Source of the DNA: Chrysomallon squamiferum
Lineage: Eukaryota > Animalia > Mollusca
Direction: 5' to 3'
Assembly: GCA_012295275.1 (NCBI GenBank)
Contig: CM022679.1
Span: 18,414,001-18,478,000 of the forward strand
Length of the DNA stretch: 64,000 nt
Part shown: positions 23,548 through 38,600 of the stretch, piece by piece
Layout of the letters: each line of letters begins with the position of its first letter
Position numbering within the stretch: the stretch's first letter is position 1
The notes under the pieces: model-generated
Seen by the model: only the letters and a program-made list of their open reading frames with translations
Database searches by the model: none
What the model was told of the DNA's origin: nothing
Made by a program: the position numbers and the translations under genes

Positions 23548-25810
23548 CCGTATTTACTTGTGTGTAAGTAGCACTTTTTAAATTCCTAAATGCAGTATAT
23601 AAAGTTGGGATGTGCTTAAAACAGATATCAAAATCACGGTGATTATTCAAAAATCTTTATATTATTGCCCGACCGATATGTTCATCCGATTTTTTAGCTT
23701 TGTTTATGATAAATACAATAAATATATTCACTTTAAATTTTTTATATAATTACATAGTATTTATCAAAAGTGTCTACGTTACAAAATTATTTTATGTAGT
23801 ATTCATTAAATTATTTTAGTCCAATTTTCTTCTTCAAAACAATACTCCTAAGAGTAAACAGGGTAATAATTTTAATTAACGAAATATTTAAATTTAATTT
23901 AATTTAATTATTATTATTATTACTTAGCTAAAGCTAATATAGACACAGCATTATAAAATAGGCCGTTTGAACTACTGTGTAATTAATTGTACAGTAAAAT
24001 ACGAAGAATTAAAAACATTTGTAAAGCATCACAAATCCCATTACCATTCAAAGCCAAAAATATGATAATATTTACGAATGTAAAAATAATTTCAGATTAA
24101 TTTGTTATTAACGTCGTTTTATTACTGCCCATTTTTTAAGATGTTAAATTTAGAAATTTCTTTTAATGGCTACATTAATGACAAGAACAGAGAAGTGGAA
24201 CATCTAATATCGATTGATACATTTGATAGCCACTCTGTATGACGAAGACTTTTTAAAAGTGGTCTAAGCGTCACTGACATATCTGCTAATTCAAAGCTGC
24301 GCAAATTTGTGGAAGGAATGTTATAAGAATAAACAGGTCAACAGTTGCTTATCGAAATTGAAAAAAACCCACAAAAACAACTGAAATATATTTATGAATC
24401 AAAACTTTATCGCAAGTGTAATTTTATAACTTTTTAAATGATCGTAGATGCAGTAATATTATTGTTACGGTAATATTTATTATTTGGTATAATGAGTGGA
24501 AGTAAATAAAATGTTTTCGTTAATACCTACACACCTTCATAAAATGGCTTTACATCGATCGTAACATAATTAACACGTGACAGCTTTTTCAGGTCGACGC
24601 ACGCGAAAGGCCGGAAGATTAGCCTAAAAACAATACAGAGTAACAACAACAACAACAACAAAACCATATAAATAACACACTAAAAAACACAAAAACAAAA
24701 AAAAATTGGGAGAGAGAGAAAGGAACAGTATGAACACCTTCAAATAAATTTCATCAGATTAGAAATAAGAAATGTATGTATATGGCTATAATCATTTGTT
24801 AAACTTTGTTGACTGTTTTTGGAATCATTAATAATAATGAAGAGCTATTTTCAACTTTTTAAATTTATTTACTGATTACAGCATTAATAAAGGATATGCC
24901 GAAATTTTATTATTAGAAAGACATCTATAATAGACACAATTAGCTAATTACTAATAACTAATTACTAAATAAATAGATCAAGGTAATTATCCTTTCGTTA
25001 AATTTAGCAAATATAAATCTATATTGAAGACGATATACAACATTAAACTTAACAAACAAAATAGCAGCAAATATCAAAAACTGCTTTAACTGTTAATTTC
25101 CTGATCATTATTGTTTTTATGTTTAAACGGATTTATAAAAATGTATATTTTAGAAGTAATTTTAAAATAGTAATGTTTCAGTTAATTGATTGGTAACCAA
25201 ATTTTGTCCATAATATAAAATGTATTAAATACTGACATAGCGAATTTTATTTACATGTTAGGAAATTAACAAAATTAGTCATAAAAATTGAGAAATTTAA
25301 TTATTATAACGTTAACCTGAAAGAAACATTTACCTGTCATCAAATACAACACATACCAACATAAAATCCAGCAGTTTTACCACATTAGCGTCAGAAATGA
25401 CTTCAGAGACAAAATCTGGATGTCACTGACTAACTAATGTATCTATTACGTTTACAAAACAGATACAACATAAATACTGCAGAAATAAATACTATTAAAA
25501 CAGTAACTACTTTTACGAATTAGAACAACTATTACAAACAACTTTCTTCTAACAAAATATTAATAAAATAGAAGAACTTTTAGATTGCTTTCCAAAATAA
25601 ATCTTAATCGGTAAGTGGAAATGAATTAATTTATTATAGGAATTAATGTTTTTAATTTTAATTTTTAATTTTTCATATTGTTTAGAGAACTGGAATATAA
25701 TTGTATCTTTATTAGTAACTGTGACCAAATAAGTCCAAAAGTAATATCCATGCTCATTCAGAAGTCAAAAGTTGTGTCTTCAAGTTTCTTTTGGTAACGT
25801 CCAATCCTGT

Positions 25811-28800
25811 TTATTTCTTGACAGGTTTCCGGAAGTCGGAGTACTGTCCCCTGACGACTTTCTTCATGTCCATTTTGGTGTCCATTGGTCCGATTGGTTC
25901 TTGGTCTAGATAGACGTTGGAGATTGAAGTGAGCAGACGTTCAATTCGGTCTGGGAAATCAGCTACAGTAGGCTCTTTCTTATATTGTTCTCCTTTCTGT
26001 CTGCTCATCTCCTCTGGCGTCGTATCAGGTGACGTAGTGCCGATTCCAGTCCACTTCTTGAAACGTCCGATCATGAAGTCCACAATCTCATAATCATTGT
26101 TACGCTTGTGAATGTCGCTGCGGACGGCTGTGAAGGTTTCGTTAAGGATGGACATGAACATGTTCACCAGAATAAAAGTTACAGTTAGAACGAAGAAGAA
26201 CATGTAAACTTGAGTCAGCACAGGTTGTACCATTAGCATTCCGTAGATGTCAAACTTACCCATCATCATAGTGATGAGTGCCTCCACAGACGACACGAAA
26301 CTGTAGAAGGAGTGATGCGACGTCATAAACGTAAGATAGAAAAGCTGCGAGAAGGCGAAGAAAACAATCCAGAAGATCAAGCTGAAATGGAGTATGCCTC
26401 GAGCTCCATGTTTCAGAGTCCCGGCGAGTAAGGAAACTCTCTTGTTAAATCGTAACAGCTTGAGGAATTTAAGTGTTGCGGAGAATACAAGCCAACCAAT
26501 CATATAGGAGAACATCTCGCTCCAGTAACCAGCGTACTGGAACTTCAGGTACGAATTGCCATGGTTCTTGCTAATCTCAGCTGTCAGTTTATTGACGACG
26601 ATTAAACGATAAAAATATATCACAACCGACCCAACAGACGAAGCTATAATGGACAGCTCAATCCAGTTCCAAAAAAACTTGAAGTACTTCATGCGTTCTC
26701 TGTATATGTTTCTGATCTCTATGACAATGAATGCAACGGTGAAGATTAAGTATACGATTTCGCAGATCATCTGAAAGAGGACAACTGATGACATGTAAGG
26801 AATCAGCATAGCAGGCTCGAAACGGTAAGACTGAATTACTCCTCCACTGGGCTGGAATTCGCATAAAATGGTTGCTATTCCAAACAAATTAACCTGTGCA
26901 TTGTATACAGTGAATTCAATAAAAACGGCACGAGTGTATTTATCAATCCAACCTTGTTCTTCCAGATCCAGCATCTCGTCTGTCATAGCTGACTTATTAC
27001 GACGCAATTCGTAGACGTAACCTCCGCCTCCGTATAACTCGAGCAAGCCCCAATAAGGATATCCGTCCAACTCTGAGGCTGTTCTGTAGATGTAGGGCAA
27101 TTCGGTATCGTTTTTAGTTTTGTCACTTGGAATCTCGTTCCAACCTGGCATATAACTTCTTTTATCTTCACTAAAAATTGAGTAGATGGCATTGCACTCG
27201 GGTATCACTGACCGCAGAACTTTAGAGGTCCTGCATAAAGCTGGGGAAAGGAATTGAAAGATGAATGAAAACGAACTGTGATGTGGTAGTATAATATAGA
27301 TAATTTACCCTAAATAAAAAATTTAAAAAGCTCACGAACATGATAATACATTATAATGCATTAACTTCTGAGATAAAGGATACACCGACGCTTTTATTCA
27401 GATAATTATTTCATCATCATTAGCCTTGCTGTGTTATTTCTTCTTATTAAACATTTAATAAGAGATTTAAAAGAGACAAACCTGGCTGTACTCTCAGTTG
27501 GCGCATTGTCGCATATCCCATAATCCTTGACACTTTATCATTGACAAAACCTCGCAGTAATAGTGGAGGGTAGTTGTTGTAGTAGTTGCTGGCTCTGATT
27601 CCATTGATCAAACCACTGCGTGCCCAGATCCAGAAATCCTTCGTGTTCTTTACCTAGCAACGTGACACACATAAAGTCGAGTACAAAATAACTGTGTAAC
27701 GATAGAATGAAATATAATAAAAATAATAATTGTTTGAAAATTGTCAAACATAACCAGAAATAATGTTTATCTAAAACCGACAATTATTCTTAGAGTGACG
27801 ATCAAGTATCTCTAGAAATTAAAAGTCCATATTTCTAATTAAATTATAAAACTGACCTTTGTGAACCATATATCTGTCTCGTTATTCATGATGAACATTC
27901 TCTCCATGTTCTCTTTGTACAGGTAGCTATCGGGAGTTCTGTTACGGTAGCTGATCACCATCAGGATCCACAGGAAGAAGGAGTAGAAGACGATTTCCCT
28001 GATGATCTTCCACATTTTGATCTCGTTCAATCGTCTTTCTCTTGCTTTCTCCAATTCTTTGGGGTCTGGAGGTTTGTAGCCAATTTTACGTGGTCGAGCA
28101 GCGCCATAACCTATTAATTTGAAAGAAATATTATTAGAGAAATATAAAAGTCAAACTATATGGATGCAATTATTATGTTTTTAAATTTATACTAAAATTA
28201 TATATTTTTTTTAGATTTGGAAATTTAGTCCATATTGTCCAAAACCTATCTAATGAACACCACCTAAGCATATATATATATATATATATATGTTAAGACT
28301 TCAGAACTGTATGTATTTAAATATTTTATCATATTATACACCCACTAACGTATACTGGATAACATACCTGCTTCGTGGACATGTAGGAATTCTTCATCAT
28401 GGTTGAGTTGTGGTTCTTCTTCATCTTCTGGTATTTCCTCTTCGTCTTCTCCAGGATTCTTTATTATCAGTGACAGAATGATTGCCGTCAACAAAACCTT
28501 GTAAGAGAGAACAACAACAACAATAATAATAATAATAATTGAATTATTTGTATTTCCTTCCTTATCTAGCCATTGCTTATTAATAGTTTAATGATTTGAA
28601 GATCGTCATTACCATTACTAACACTATTTAACAGTGAATTCTAACTCAGTTTCCATAGAACATTAGAAATTCCAATATGAAATAATGATTATAAAACTAT
28701 AAAAGTCTTACTTTGACTGGTTGGGTAAAGAAAATGGATGTGATAAAAGAAATCAACAGAGATGTTATCCATTTCTTCGTTTTTTCATCACCAAAGTTAA

Positions 28801-29921
28801 TCCCATAGAAGATGATAAATGCTCCAGACGTCAGCGTAGTCAACCACAACAGAATCCAGCTGATATAGCAGCACCACCATGGTAATTCAAATTTCTTCTT
28901 CTTCGTAGACATCTTCTCGCTAGTCGTGCCTTGCTGACCGGAATTCGACAAGGACGTTTCCGGCCGTGATGTGGCAGTTTCCGGTCTTTTCACTTCACTC
29001 ATTACGGTAGAAGGTCTGCTGATTTGGAAAACGCTTGCGACCTCTGGTGTCACGTCTGTCATAGAGGCAGACGTCTTAGGTTTGGTAAGTGGTAGATTCT
29101 TCAGCGCTTCATTAATACGTGATGGCCGGAGTTTACGAGCTCTTGACTTTCGGAACAGTGTAATTATGATCAAGTTCACTGGAAACACGATCAGATTGCA
29201 AACCACGCCGATATATATCTATAGTAATATATTATAAATAATTATTTGTAATATTTACAGTATTTACCCCAAAAATGAGTATCATTCTTTTTCCGTCCTT
29301 CCATTTGTCTTTCTTTCTATTTAGCTTTTTAATAATCTAAAACTGTAAATGAAGACATTAGAAATGGATGATGATGTGTTTCATTTATAGAATACTTATA
29401 TTAGTTCCTGTTGTGCAAAGCTTCTTAGGAAACTAAATTTCGTAAAATTTCTGGTTATTGTGAATAATTTTTATTGTCTTCTGCATAGACATTTTTAAAT
29501 ATGTGTTTTACTTTTTAAACGTTAACAGCTATTTTTATTAGCTAATTCTTATGTTTTTGGTTCATATACGAACATATATGACATATATATTTCGACTGAA
29601 TTCAAGATTGCCAGTTTACTGTGAAATACTATAAATATGTACCTGTGTAGGACTGAGCGCAAAAGGCCCAAAAGTGAACGTCTGTTGTGAATCATTTGCA
29701 TCTGCTATTCCATAGAACATGGCATTGGCCACCATGGTTGTGAAGAGCAAACAGAGACAACACGAAACACGCTGAAGACGAGTAAAACGACTCTGTGGTG
29801 GACGTGCAAGGACAGAGAACCAGAGATGACCATCAACAAGATTCTTCCTTGACCGCTGAGAAAACATGTAACTGAAGTTTGTCATCTGCTCCTTTCCTGC
29901 CACAGGAATAACACGATCAAC
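25811..29921 (-). CDS. Gene A exons: TM2-TM11 with polycystin TOP domain, TRP-like pore and cytoplasmic tail
   Basis: HLWFSVLARPPQSRFTRLQRVSCC, LPWWC, FFTQPVK, MRQLRV, YGGGGY, GWIDKYTRAVFIEFTVYN, LKLLRFNKR, LVNMFMSILNETF. Confidence 0.95.
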
Positions 29922-31524
29922 CTAAACAGATAAACATAAAGAGAGAGAGAGAGAGAGACACATATATGTATATATATCTTTCAGTATAATAATAAGAATA
30001 AATATCATATTTCCTTAAGTAAATATGTAGTTTCATTATTAATTACGGTATGAAGTCGAATTTCTAGTTTTTCACAGCAATTTTACGATGAAGGCCTAAA
30101 CATTATTTGCTTTCAATATTTCACTAAAATTAACAATATTGTACAAAACTAAATTTAAGAAAATTTAAAACATCAGTTTCCTAAATATTAGTTGAACCAG
30201 AAAATCTTCCATTTGACGTATAAAATTAATGATAATAATGACTAATAGAGCGCACAAACAGCTTCGACCTTGATCGCAACATGAAGCACTTACGTCCGAT
30301 TGTTGAAAATTACCATTCAAAATTGATCATTTTATTTTGATTTCATTCGTATTCGTCTTCATTTCTTACACATTAGTTATATTATCTGAATATTGCACTG
30401 ATTATAAATCAAAAAAAAAAAAGGAGTGAAAAATATGTGTACTAATAAAAATTTAAAACCTTTACATATTTCCAGTGAGTTTTAAAGCCAAACTGTTAGT
30501 TCAGTTTTGTCGATTTATTTTTGGCCGCAAACGCACTGTTATCGTACCTAATCCTCTTTTACATCTATATAATAATACGAGAATGCTAGCTTGATGGACA
30601 AAGAATTCAACGATCAGGTTAGATATAATAAATTATAAGTAAGATTGTGGTATTTTAGTAAACTATAATACCTGTCCATCTCCCTCCTCTACCGCGAACC
30701 ACTTGTCCGCAATGAAAACGAATTTTTCATTCGTCTGCACATCTCTGACAACCATGTATTTCAGAAACCATGAACCCATATTTCCTTTTCCCGAATTGTC
30801 ATGCCAGATTCGTGCGTAGTTCAAACTGCCTAGAGGCCTGCAATTAAACTGCTAAAAGTATTCAGCTCACTTCATAAAACATAATAATCAAATGAAAATA
30901 TGATCGTCTCTGGAAACAATACTTGTAAATTATTCTAAGAAAAATATAAATGATTTTAATATGATATATAACAGAGTACGTACATTGGGACAGCCATAAG
31001 AAAAGAATTAGTTGATCCTCGATCAAATACTTTTCTCTTGTCATCATTGAGAAGTCTGACATCCGTTTCGTCGTATTCTCCAGACAGGATAATACACACC
31101 TGTAAATTAGGTAAATACAACTAAATCAGTCATAACACAATATAAAGTAAACTAATGTAATAATGTAATACATTACAATATATTATGGTATGAAAATGCG
31201 TGCATGTTTATGTGTGACATACCTTTGAATGAGTGGCCGCGTTTCTGCGCATCCCTGTGGTTACAATGATCTCATAGTAGTACTTATCACCTGGATCATT
31301 GTCTTTGAGAGGCGTTATGCCAAGCTGTTAAATAACAACAAATACTGAAATGTACAAATAACTTGGAAATATATATTTCTTAAATTCGTTTTGAATTTGT
31401 TTTAAAATAAAACAGAAAAATGAGAAGAAAAAAAAATCATATTGGGAGAGACATTTAAAAGAATTGTATAATATTTATTAGTTTTAATATAATAATAATA
31501 ATAATAATCATCATCATCATCATC

Positions 31525-31559
<35 letters not shown>

Positions 31560-32544
31560 CTAATGATGATGTGAAGATAAAATAACAATAATGTGAAATA
31601 AACTATTTATGATTTTTAGACAGTTACTTTTTCCAAGTCATTCCTATCTTTACGCCGTGCCCAGATTGCCACTATTATATAAAAAACGAAGATAACAATC
31701 ATCGTCACGTAAATGGTGGGGTTCTTGTAGAAATCGGCGTTAGAAAACACGAAGTCCCAGTCAATAGTATTCGGCGGTACGACCCAGCCACCAGCGAATG
31801 TTGTCAGATGGTTGCATAGACAATGTGTTCTTGAAACTTCAGTCTTAGGACCAACCTAGAACAACGAAACAAATTAACATTTGAATAGTAAAATATAGCC
31901 TCTATAGATGATGCGGGATATTAAATGAAAATTTAAAAAATCGAACGATTGTAAACAAATGTTAAAACAAAACAAAACAAAATAACCATTATAAAATATG
32001 AGGGATTTTAACAGGAAGTTCATATATCAACAGTCGTAATTGTATTTTATTTGATTGTTTATTTATTTATTATTATTATTTTTTAATAAATATTAAATTT
32101 TATAAATATTGTCTTCCTTGTTACTATCGTAAAACAGCCACCGGGAGGTAAAAAAAATATATTATTATTATTATTATTATTATTTTAATCTTACAACACA
32201 TCCTTCCGTTTCCCAAGATTCCTTTTTCGAGTCGAAGTAGAAGCATCCAGTTGAATATATTCTAGTTTTGTACGACGTTGTGAATTTCCTGTCTGAATGG
32301 TCTTTAGCCTCGAATTCTGGAACTGATTCGCAGTCCGGAAACGTTTTATCATAGTCAGCTGGTTTTAGCTGCCTCACTCCAATGTAAACATCTCCAACAA
32401 AATCGTTCACTTGTTTATTGTTCAGGTAAAACGAGTAACGGAATTTGTTGTTTGGATCTGAGATAAGAGAATAAAACTAGACTGACCATATAATATAGAA
32501 TATAAATTGCTAATAATTATATTAAGAAGAGTACAGAAATCCAA

Positions 32545-32611
<67 letters not shown>

Positions 32612-35600
32612 ACAAACATACAGACACACACATTCTTACACTAACAACATACGCATAAAAACAAAAATACAGTTTGTGACGTCACATCCGTCACCTCAAG
32701 CAGGGTAAGAGGAAAAGAAAAGGCAAGAAATCTGAAACCATGAGAACACGTCAAACATCAATCAAATTCGGTCGAAAATATATAATTTAAACAAAGATGA
32801 TCCTGTTGCGTTGTGGATACACTGCAGAGAGGGAGATTGACTAATGTGACTGTAGATAATACAAATTTAAATACACTGAAATTTAGAAAACTGACAATAA
32901 AAGTTTATGATATAAAGAAAAAATATTTCTACATATTGACAGTAATTTAAGAAACCTTGAAAGTGTAATAGAGAACGTACTGAGAGTAATTTAAGAAACC
33001 TTGAAAGTGTAATAGAGAACGTATTGACAAAAAAGGCCAAATACAGCTGTGTTGATTATTTATTAACACTTTGTAAGAAGAAAATAATGTTTCACTACAG
33101 ACTTTGAGCGATAACAAAAGCAGGACAGGCCTAGTTATCAAAGTCCATAAAACAAATCACAGCGGACTAGATCTGTTATGTGTGAGAAAAGTAAAAGAAA
33201 AAGGCAGACATGTTGATATGGCTGCATCCTTTTGAGAAAAAACAAAATAAACAAGAAGAGAACTGCAAAAATTTAAATAATATAAAATAATTACATCTGC
33301 AGACTGAGCTAGTTGTTATTGAGGCCAGTAGAAAAGTGTTGGATCAATATGGTCATGAAAATACCAAGTACTTTATTCAGATAGGTTTGTTGATAAAATT
33401 CAAAAACCTGTCATTGAAACTGACTTGGAGCTCTCAAATGCGGTGAGTGACACTTTTATAAAACAAAATACAACGTCTGTTGACCATTACAATACTGATG
33501 AATCTAATGTGTCACTGATACTGGTGATAATGCTAACACTGAAATAAGGAAAGCATGTTTTTGTGTCAGTTGTGCAGATGTTTAGAACCCCCCCACAAAA
33601 AAAGAAAACCCTCAATAAACCCCCAAAACCCCAAAGAAATCATCTTTAGAAATAATTAACTTTAGTGGTGAATCACTGAGTTATATTAATCTGTCTAGAA
33701 CAGTAAATGCATGCTAACAAAGTGGTAAAAAGTTGTAGTCACTTCAGTGCAGAACACCCTTAAAAATTATAAAAAGAAAAATATGGTAATGAAGAAAAAA
33801 TAGCTCAAGATTTTGTTAAAAGAGAACTGGACTGGCCTGAGATAAAACTGATTATGCCAAAACACCGAATGACCCTTTTCATGGAATAGATGGTATGTAC
33901 AATGATAAAAATGTGCAGCCCAGGCACGTGCAGACTTTAAAATTAAAATGTGCATTTGCAATTAATTTGTGTGATGGCAAAGATATTCAGAAAGAATTAA
34001 ATGTGCCAACTGAGAGAAACGTTAGCCATTGTTAGAGACATTAATTAAACAAAAAAGGCTCCAGCAAAAATCATAAGACGCCTTATTTGTCATTAATTAC
34101 ACTAAGTGAATGTCACATATTCGTGGTGTCACATATTCGTGGTCTTACAACTGAAAGCTGTGAGTTTTATAATAGAAATATATATTGTTTTAGATGTTTA
34201 AAACGCAGCGACAAGTATATCCGAGCAATAAATACTGGAAAGGTCATGTTGTGTGTTCAGTTTGTCAAAGGGAAAAACTTGGTGCCAGTGGTAAAAAATT
34301 GAAAACTACTATTATATACGATGGGTGAATTACACATAGGGACAGTGTAAGTGAAATTGGGATTTGCAAACTCAACTGAACATTTTGTGAGTTTGCCAAA
34401 GTGTACTCAAACGATAAACTGCCTTTACCACACGTAGAAGAAATGAAACATGTGAAGCGATTTGATGTAATGGCCTAACTCTCAATAAACTTAGATTTTT
34501 CTTAAAGAAGGAAAGATCATGAATATTTCCAAGAAGATAAGAAGTTTGTTAAAAAAAAAATGGTTAACAAATCTATAAAACTGACTGGCATTACAAACTA
34601 CCAAACATGATCAAATGAAACAGCGACGGTTAGATGTAGCAGATCTGCTATATGATGTCAAATATTATGTTTTGTTAGCTAAAGATTTTTGTCTGTCGTC
34701 ACTAATCAACAACAAATGCATGCATGATGGTATATATGAAACGATTACAAAAGATCAATCAATATGTGTTTGTATGCATCTCGAGAGGGATTTATTGCTG
34801 GGATATATTAAGATACGGTATGTACTTGGGGAAATGCTTCTCCAGAAGAAGTGAGGAGGAACTCAACAGAGGAGTGATAAAGTTTCAGACTTGGCATCAC
34901 AGTATGCTGACCAGACAAAACCAATAGTGGCTGGCGTGGATGCTGGCGAGCTGGCCCAATTCTTGACAGACTGTAAGCACAGCATCAGAGCATTCCGCCA
35001 AGACGACTTGGAGGCATATCTGGCAGCATTGAATGATCAGATCCATACTTCTATGTTCACTACCTGTTCTACCATGTCCACCTTACCCCAAAGAACCAGC
35101 TTGAAAATGATGACCCGATAACATGGAAGGCACTAAAGGACTGTACCGTCGTGTGAAAAAGTCTGATTCGCCATTCACCGCACTGTTTGCAGGTCAAACT
35201 CTTTAGCAGAAGTTCAAGATGTTGAATGGGCTTAGTTATTTTGTAGGCATTACACAAGATGAGGTCTGATATGATCATGTTCTCATCACACTGCCACACA
35301 TCATCTGTATTGTCAGTGATTGACTCCCCCGATTGTCAACTGCCTTCCACTCTTCAGGTCAGCATTATCAGCCATCTGGTGACATCGCCTTCACCCAACG
35401 AGGAATGGACTGAAACTGAGGGATTCCATGAAGCTCCACTGCGAACATAACTCCTTCATCGTCGGTACACCAACACAAAGCGTTGTCATTCAGATCAGAG
35501 GCGTATCGTTGGTAGACAACGTCCGGGGCAAGGCAAGTGTATTGCGCACTTGGAAATTAGCCATCCCCGAGCCCTTTCCACTAGTCCAGTAGTGAACCTA

Positions 35601-38600
35601 AGAATTCTGCGCCCGGTTTAACCACTTGTTTGGCCCCACCCATGCTACGCCACTGGTTCAGATCAGTCAACCCAATCCTTGTCTGAGTTGTTGTCACTCA
35701 TGATTCCTTTACATATAATTAATGCCATCCGTAACTCCACTCTGAGTCACACAGATATGTGGTCATCTGACACTGACTTACTGATCTTGCTGATTGATCT
35801 TGTGGCTCATGGATGACTTGGTTCATTCACCAAGCTCAGTTTCCTCACTGGAAAAGGTGACCATTTTCGATCATTCAGCATTAGTGAGCCTGTGAATGTC
35901 AGTGGGTATGAAAAATGTCAACGTCTGTTTGGTTTCAAAAACATAATAGGGGAGGGAAATTTGTTGGCATTTCAAAGGACAGTTGGATCATCGCATGCCT
36001 CTCCTTTCTCAGTGATTTGGGGGTTCAACTACCATACCAGCTTTGCATTCAGGTCCAAGAATCTGGAGGGCGAGAAGCTTCCACCAACCAATATAACTGA
36101 TGTACCATGTCCTACACACCAGCTCTGTAAACTATGAGGGACAAAAGTTATGCATCATCTCATCTATACCTACTGCCCCTTGAGAAAGATGGATGGATGC
36201 TTGCCAGGGACCAGTGTGTCCCTGTCAATATCTCTACAGACCAGCAGCAGTTGCCATCTTGGAACCGATAAGACATTTTACAAGGATCGTTGCTCTCTGC
36301 AAATGCCATAATTGTTATAATTTGATTATACTGAATGTTGACAATATGTTGACCTTTTTGTTGAAACCAGTCAAAATTACCTTTATTTTGGCCTTCTTGC
36401 ATGACTTTGATCGACTCTCGACCTGAAACATATTTCAGATTATCAGGCGTATTTTAAAAAGACCTACATTTGAGTTTAACATCACTGAAAGTCTTGAAGT
36501 AGTTCTAGACATGCCATTTTCTATATTTTCCATGAGTAACGGCAGCTATCTTGGATTTCTACGGGACTTTAATATCGATACATAGCGGTCTACACCATAA
36601 ACGCCGAATCAATTGCTGCTGCTTCGTTTTGGAGGAATGTTTCCTCCGTGATTATTTAAAGCAAAGGACAGTTATGTGAAAAGACGATGGAAATAAATTC
36701 AGTCTACTCGATTTATTCTGGAACGATAGACGACAGAATGTCTTATAGTTCACCCCCCCCCAAAAAAAAACATGGTATTTATGTCCTGCTATTGAAATGA
36801 TACAAAACCAGAACGGACTGAATTGAAATTTCTTTTGATGCACACTACTGAAAAATTGTGGGTGATTATGTAGTCTCATGTTGATGAAGTTAAAGTCTAA
36901 ACAGTGTATTAACAGTCATATGACTTTAGTTGTGGTGTACTTAACTTTACTAAATAAGCAGTGAGGTCGAAACAATTTGAAGCCATAAAGACACGACTAA
37001 ATTTAACAGTAAAGGTTTTTTTTTAAAGAGGAATTAATGTTGTGTCCGGTAATTTGTGACAAAATAGATGGAAAAGGGATTAGAAGCATAGAATCTTTTA
37101 TAATGCACCATCCAGTATACTGGCTTTAAATAAACCAATCATCATGACTACGAGTTCAAAAACGCTCCAGTTTATATACGTTATGAAATGAATATGTGAA
37201 AATATTTACCCCCTCCTTCCATCAATTTAGGAACGGTACCAAGAAAGTCGCATCCGCCAGGCTCTCTCTTTGGGAATTTTCCCAGTCGAACAGCTATCAA
37301 GAGCTGGACATTGAGGTCACCTAGTTCAAACTCGATGTGTACTGACGATCCTTTCTTCTCTATCCGAGTTTTGTGAACAAAGAAGTCGTTTTCCTGCGAC
37401 ACCAGTGGGTTGTTCATGTCAAATTCTAAAGGTGGAGTGTGTTCATCTCGTGGTATGAAAATTTCGAAGGGCTTTTTGGTGTTGTTCACTGGTATTTCCT
37501 GTCCAGTATTGGTGTTTAAAACAGATATTGAAACAAAGCTCGTGGTTTCGCCTAGCAAGTCACTGGTCTCGGCATATCTTCCAGCAAAGTTATTGGTTTT
37601 GGCAATCTGGAACAAAATAAATAAATTAATAAAAATAATAAAACATATAAATAAATAAAAATTTATTCAAACAAGTTTTTTTTTTAATTTTAATTAGGAT
37701 TATTTCATTTTGTGTTATTTCTTGCAATAATGAAAAAAGAAAACAACAAAGCAAACAAAAGTATAATTTGAGACATTATGAACACCAACAAGTGATAAAT
37801 GAATTCGTTATATAAACAAGAATTAGACGAACAACAAAATAAGAATGGCTGCCTACCGAAATTGCAACATTGTCTCCAGGACCGATTTGTCCGTATGTAA
37901 ACATTTCACTAAAATTGCTTCCACTGAAAGACATGGTTGCTCCAGAGCTAATTTCTGTGGAACTTGAGTTCGATGTCGCCTCTGTATGGGCCGCGAAAGT
38001 CATTTGAGACATGGAAGCGACGTTGACGTTAGTGAATGAGGTGACGATGGTAGTCGTTTTCTGCACATGTGATTCTCCAGGGATCAAGGTTTTCGCCCAC
38101 GCAGCATTTACAATTTTCATTGCTTCTTCTTCTCTTCTTTGTAAACGTCTTGCCTACAAAACAAAAATAAAATATAAACAGTAAATTTACAGTTGTATGT
38201 AACTCAACAAAATTAATATAATTAGTCATAAAAATAATAATATCTATATTTTTAGGACATTTGTTCAGTTTAATCTCTGAAATATGATTTTAATTTGTTC
38301 TGCTTCTACAGCAACAACACTATCAATAACAACAATAATAATAATTTAGAGGAGAATTATTCACTCAAGTACTGTGAAGTTGTAAAACAATTAAAATGTT
38401 TCAGGTTCATGAAAGGAAACAACATTTAAGTAAATTAAAATTAAAGATATAAGAAATGTTATTGTCATAAAATAAAGTGCAGTAAACAGATAAGGTTATA
38501 ACTGATATTTATTTATGTATAGGATGCAGGTTTTTTTAGCTAAATTCAATACAAAAATTAGCATGCTATTAAACCACGTGGTAAAAATTTCGGTTAATTT

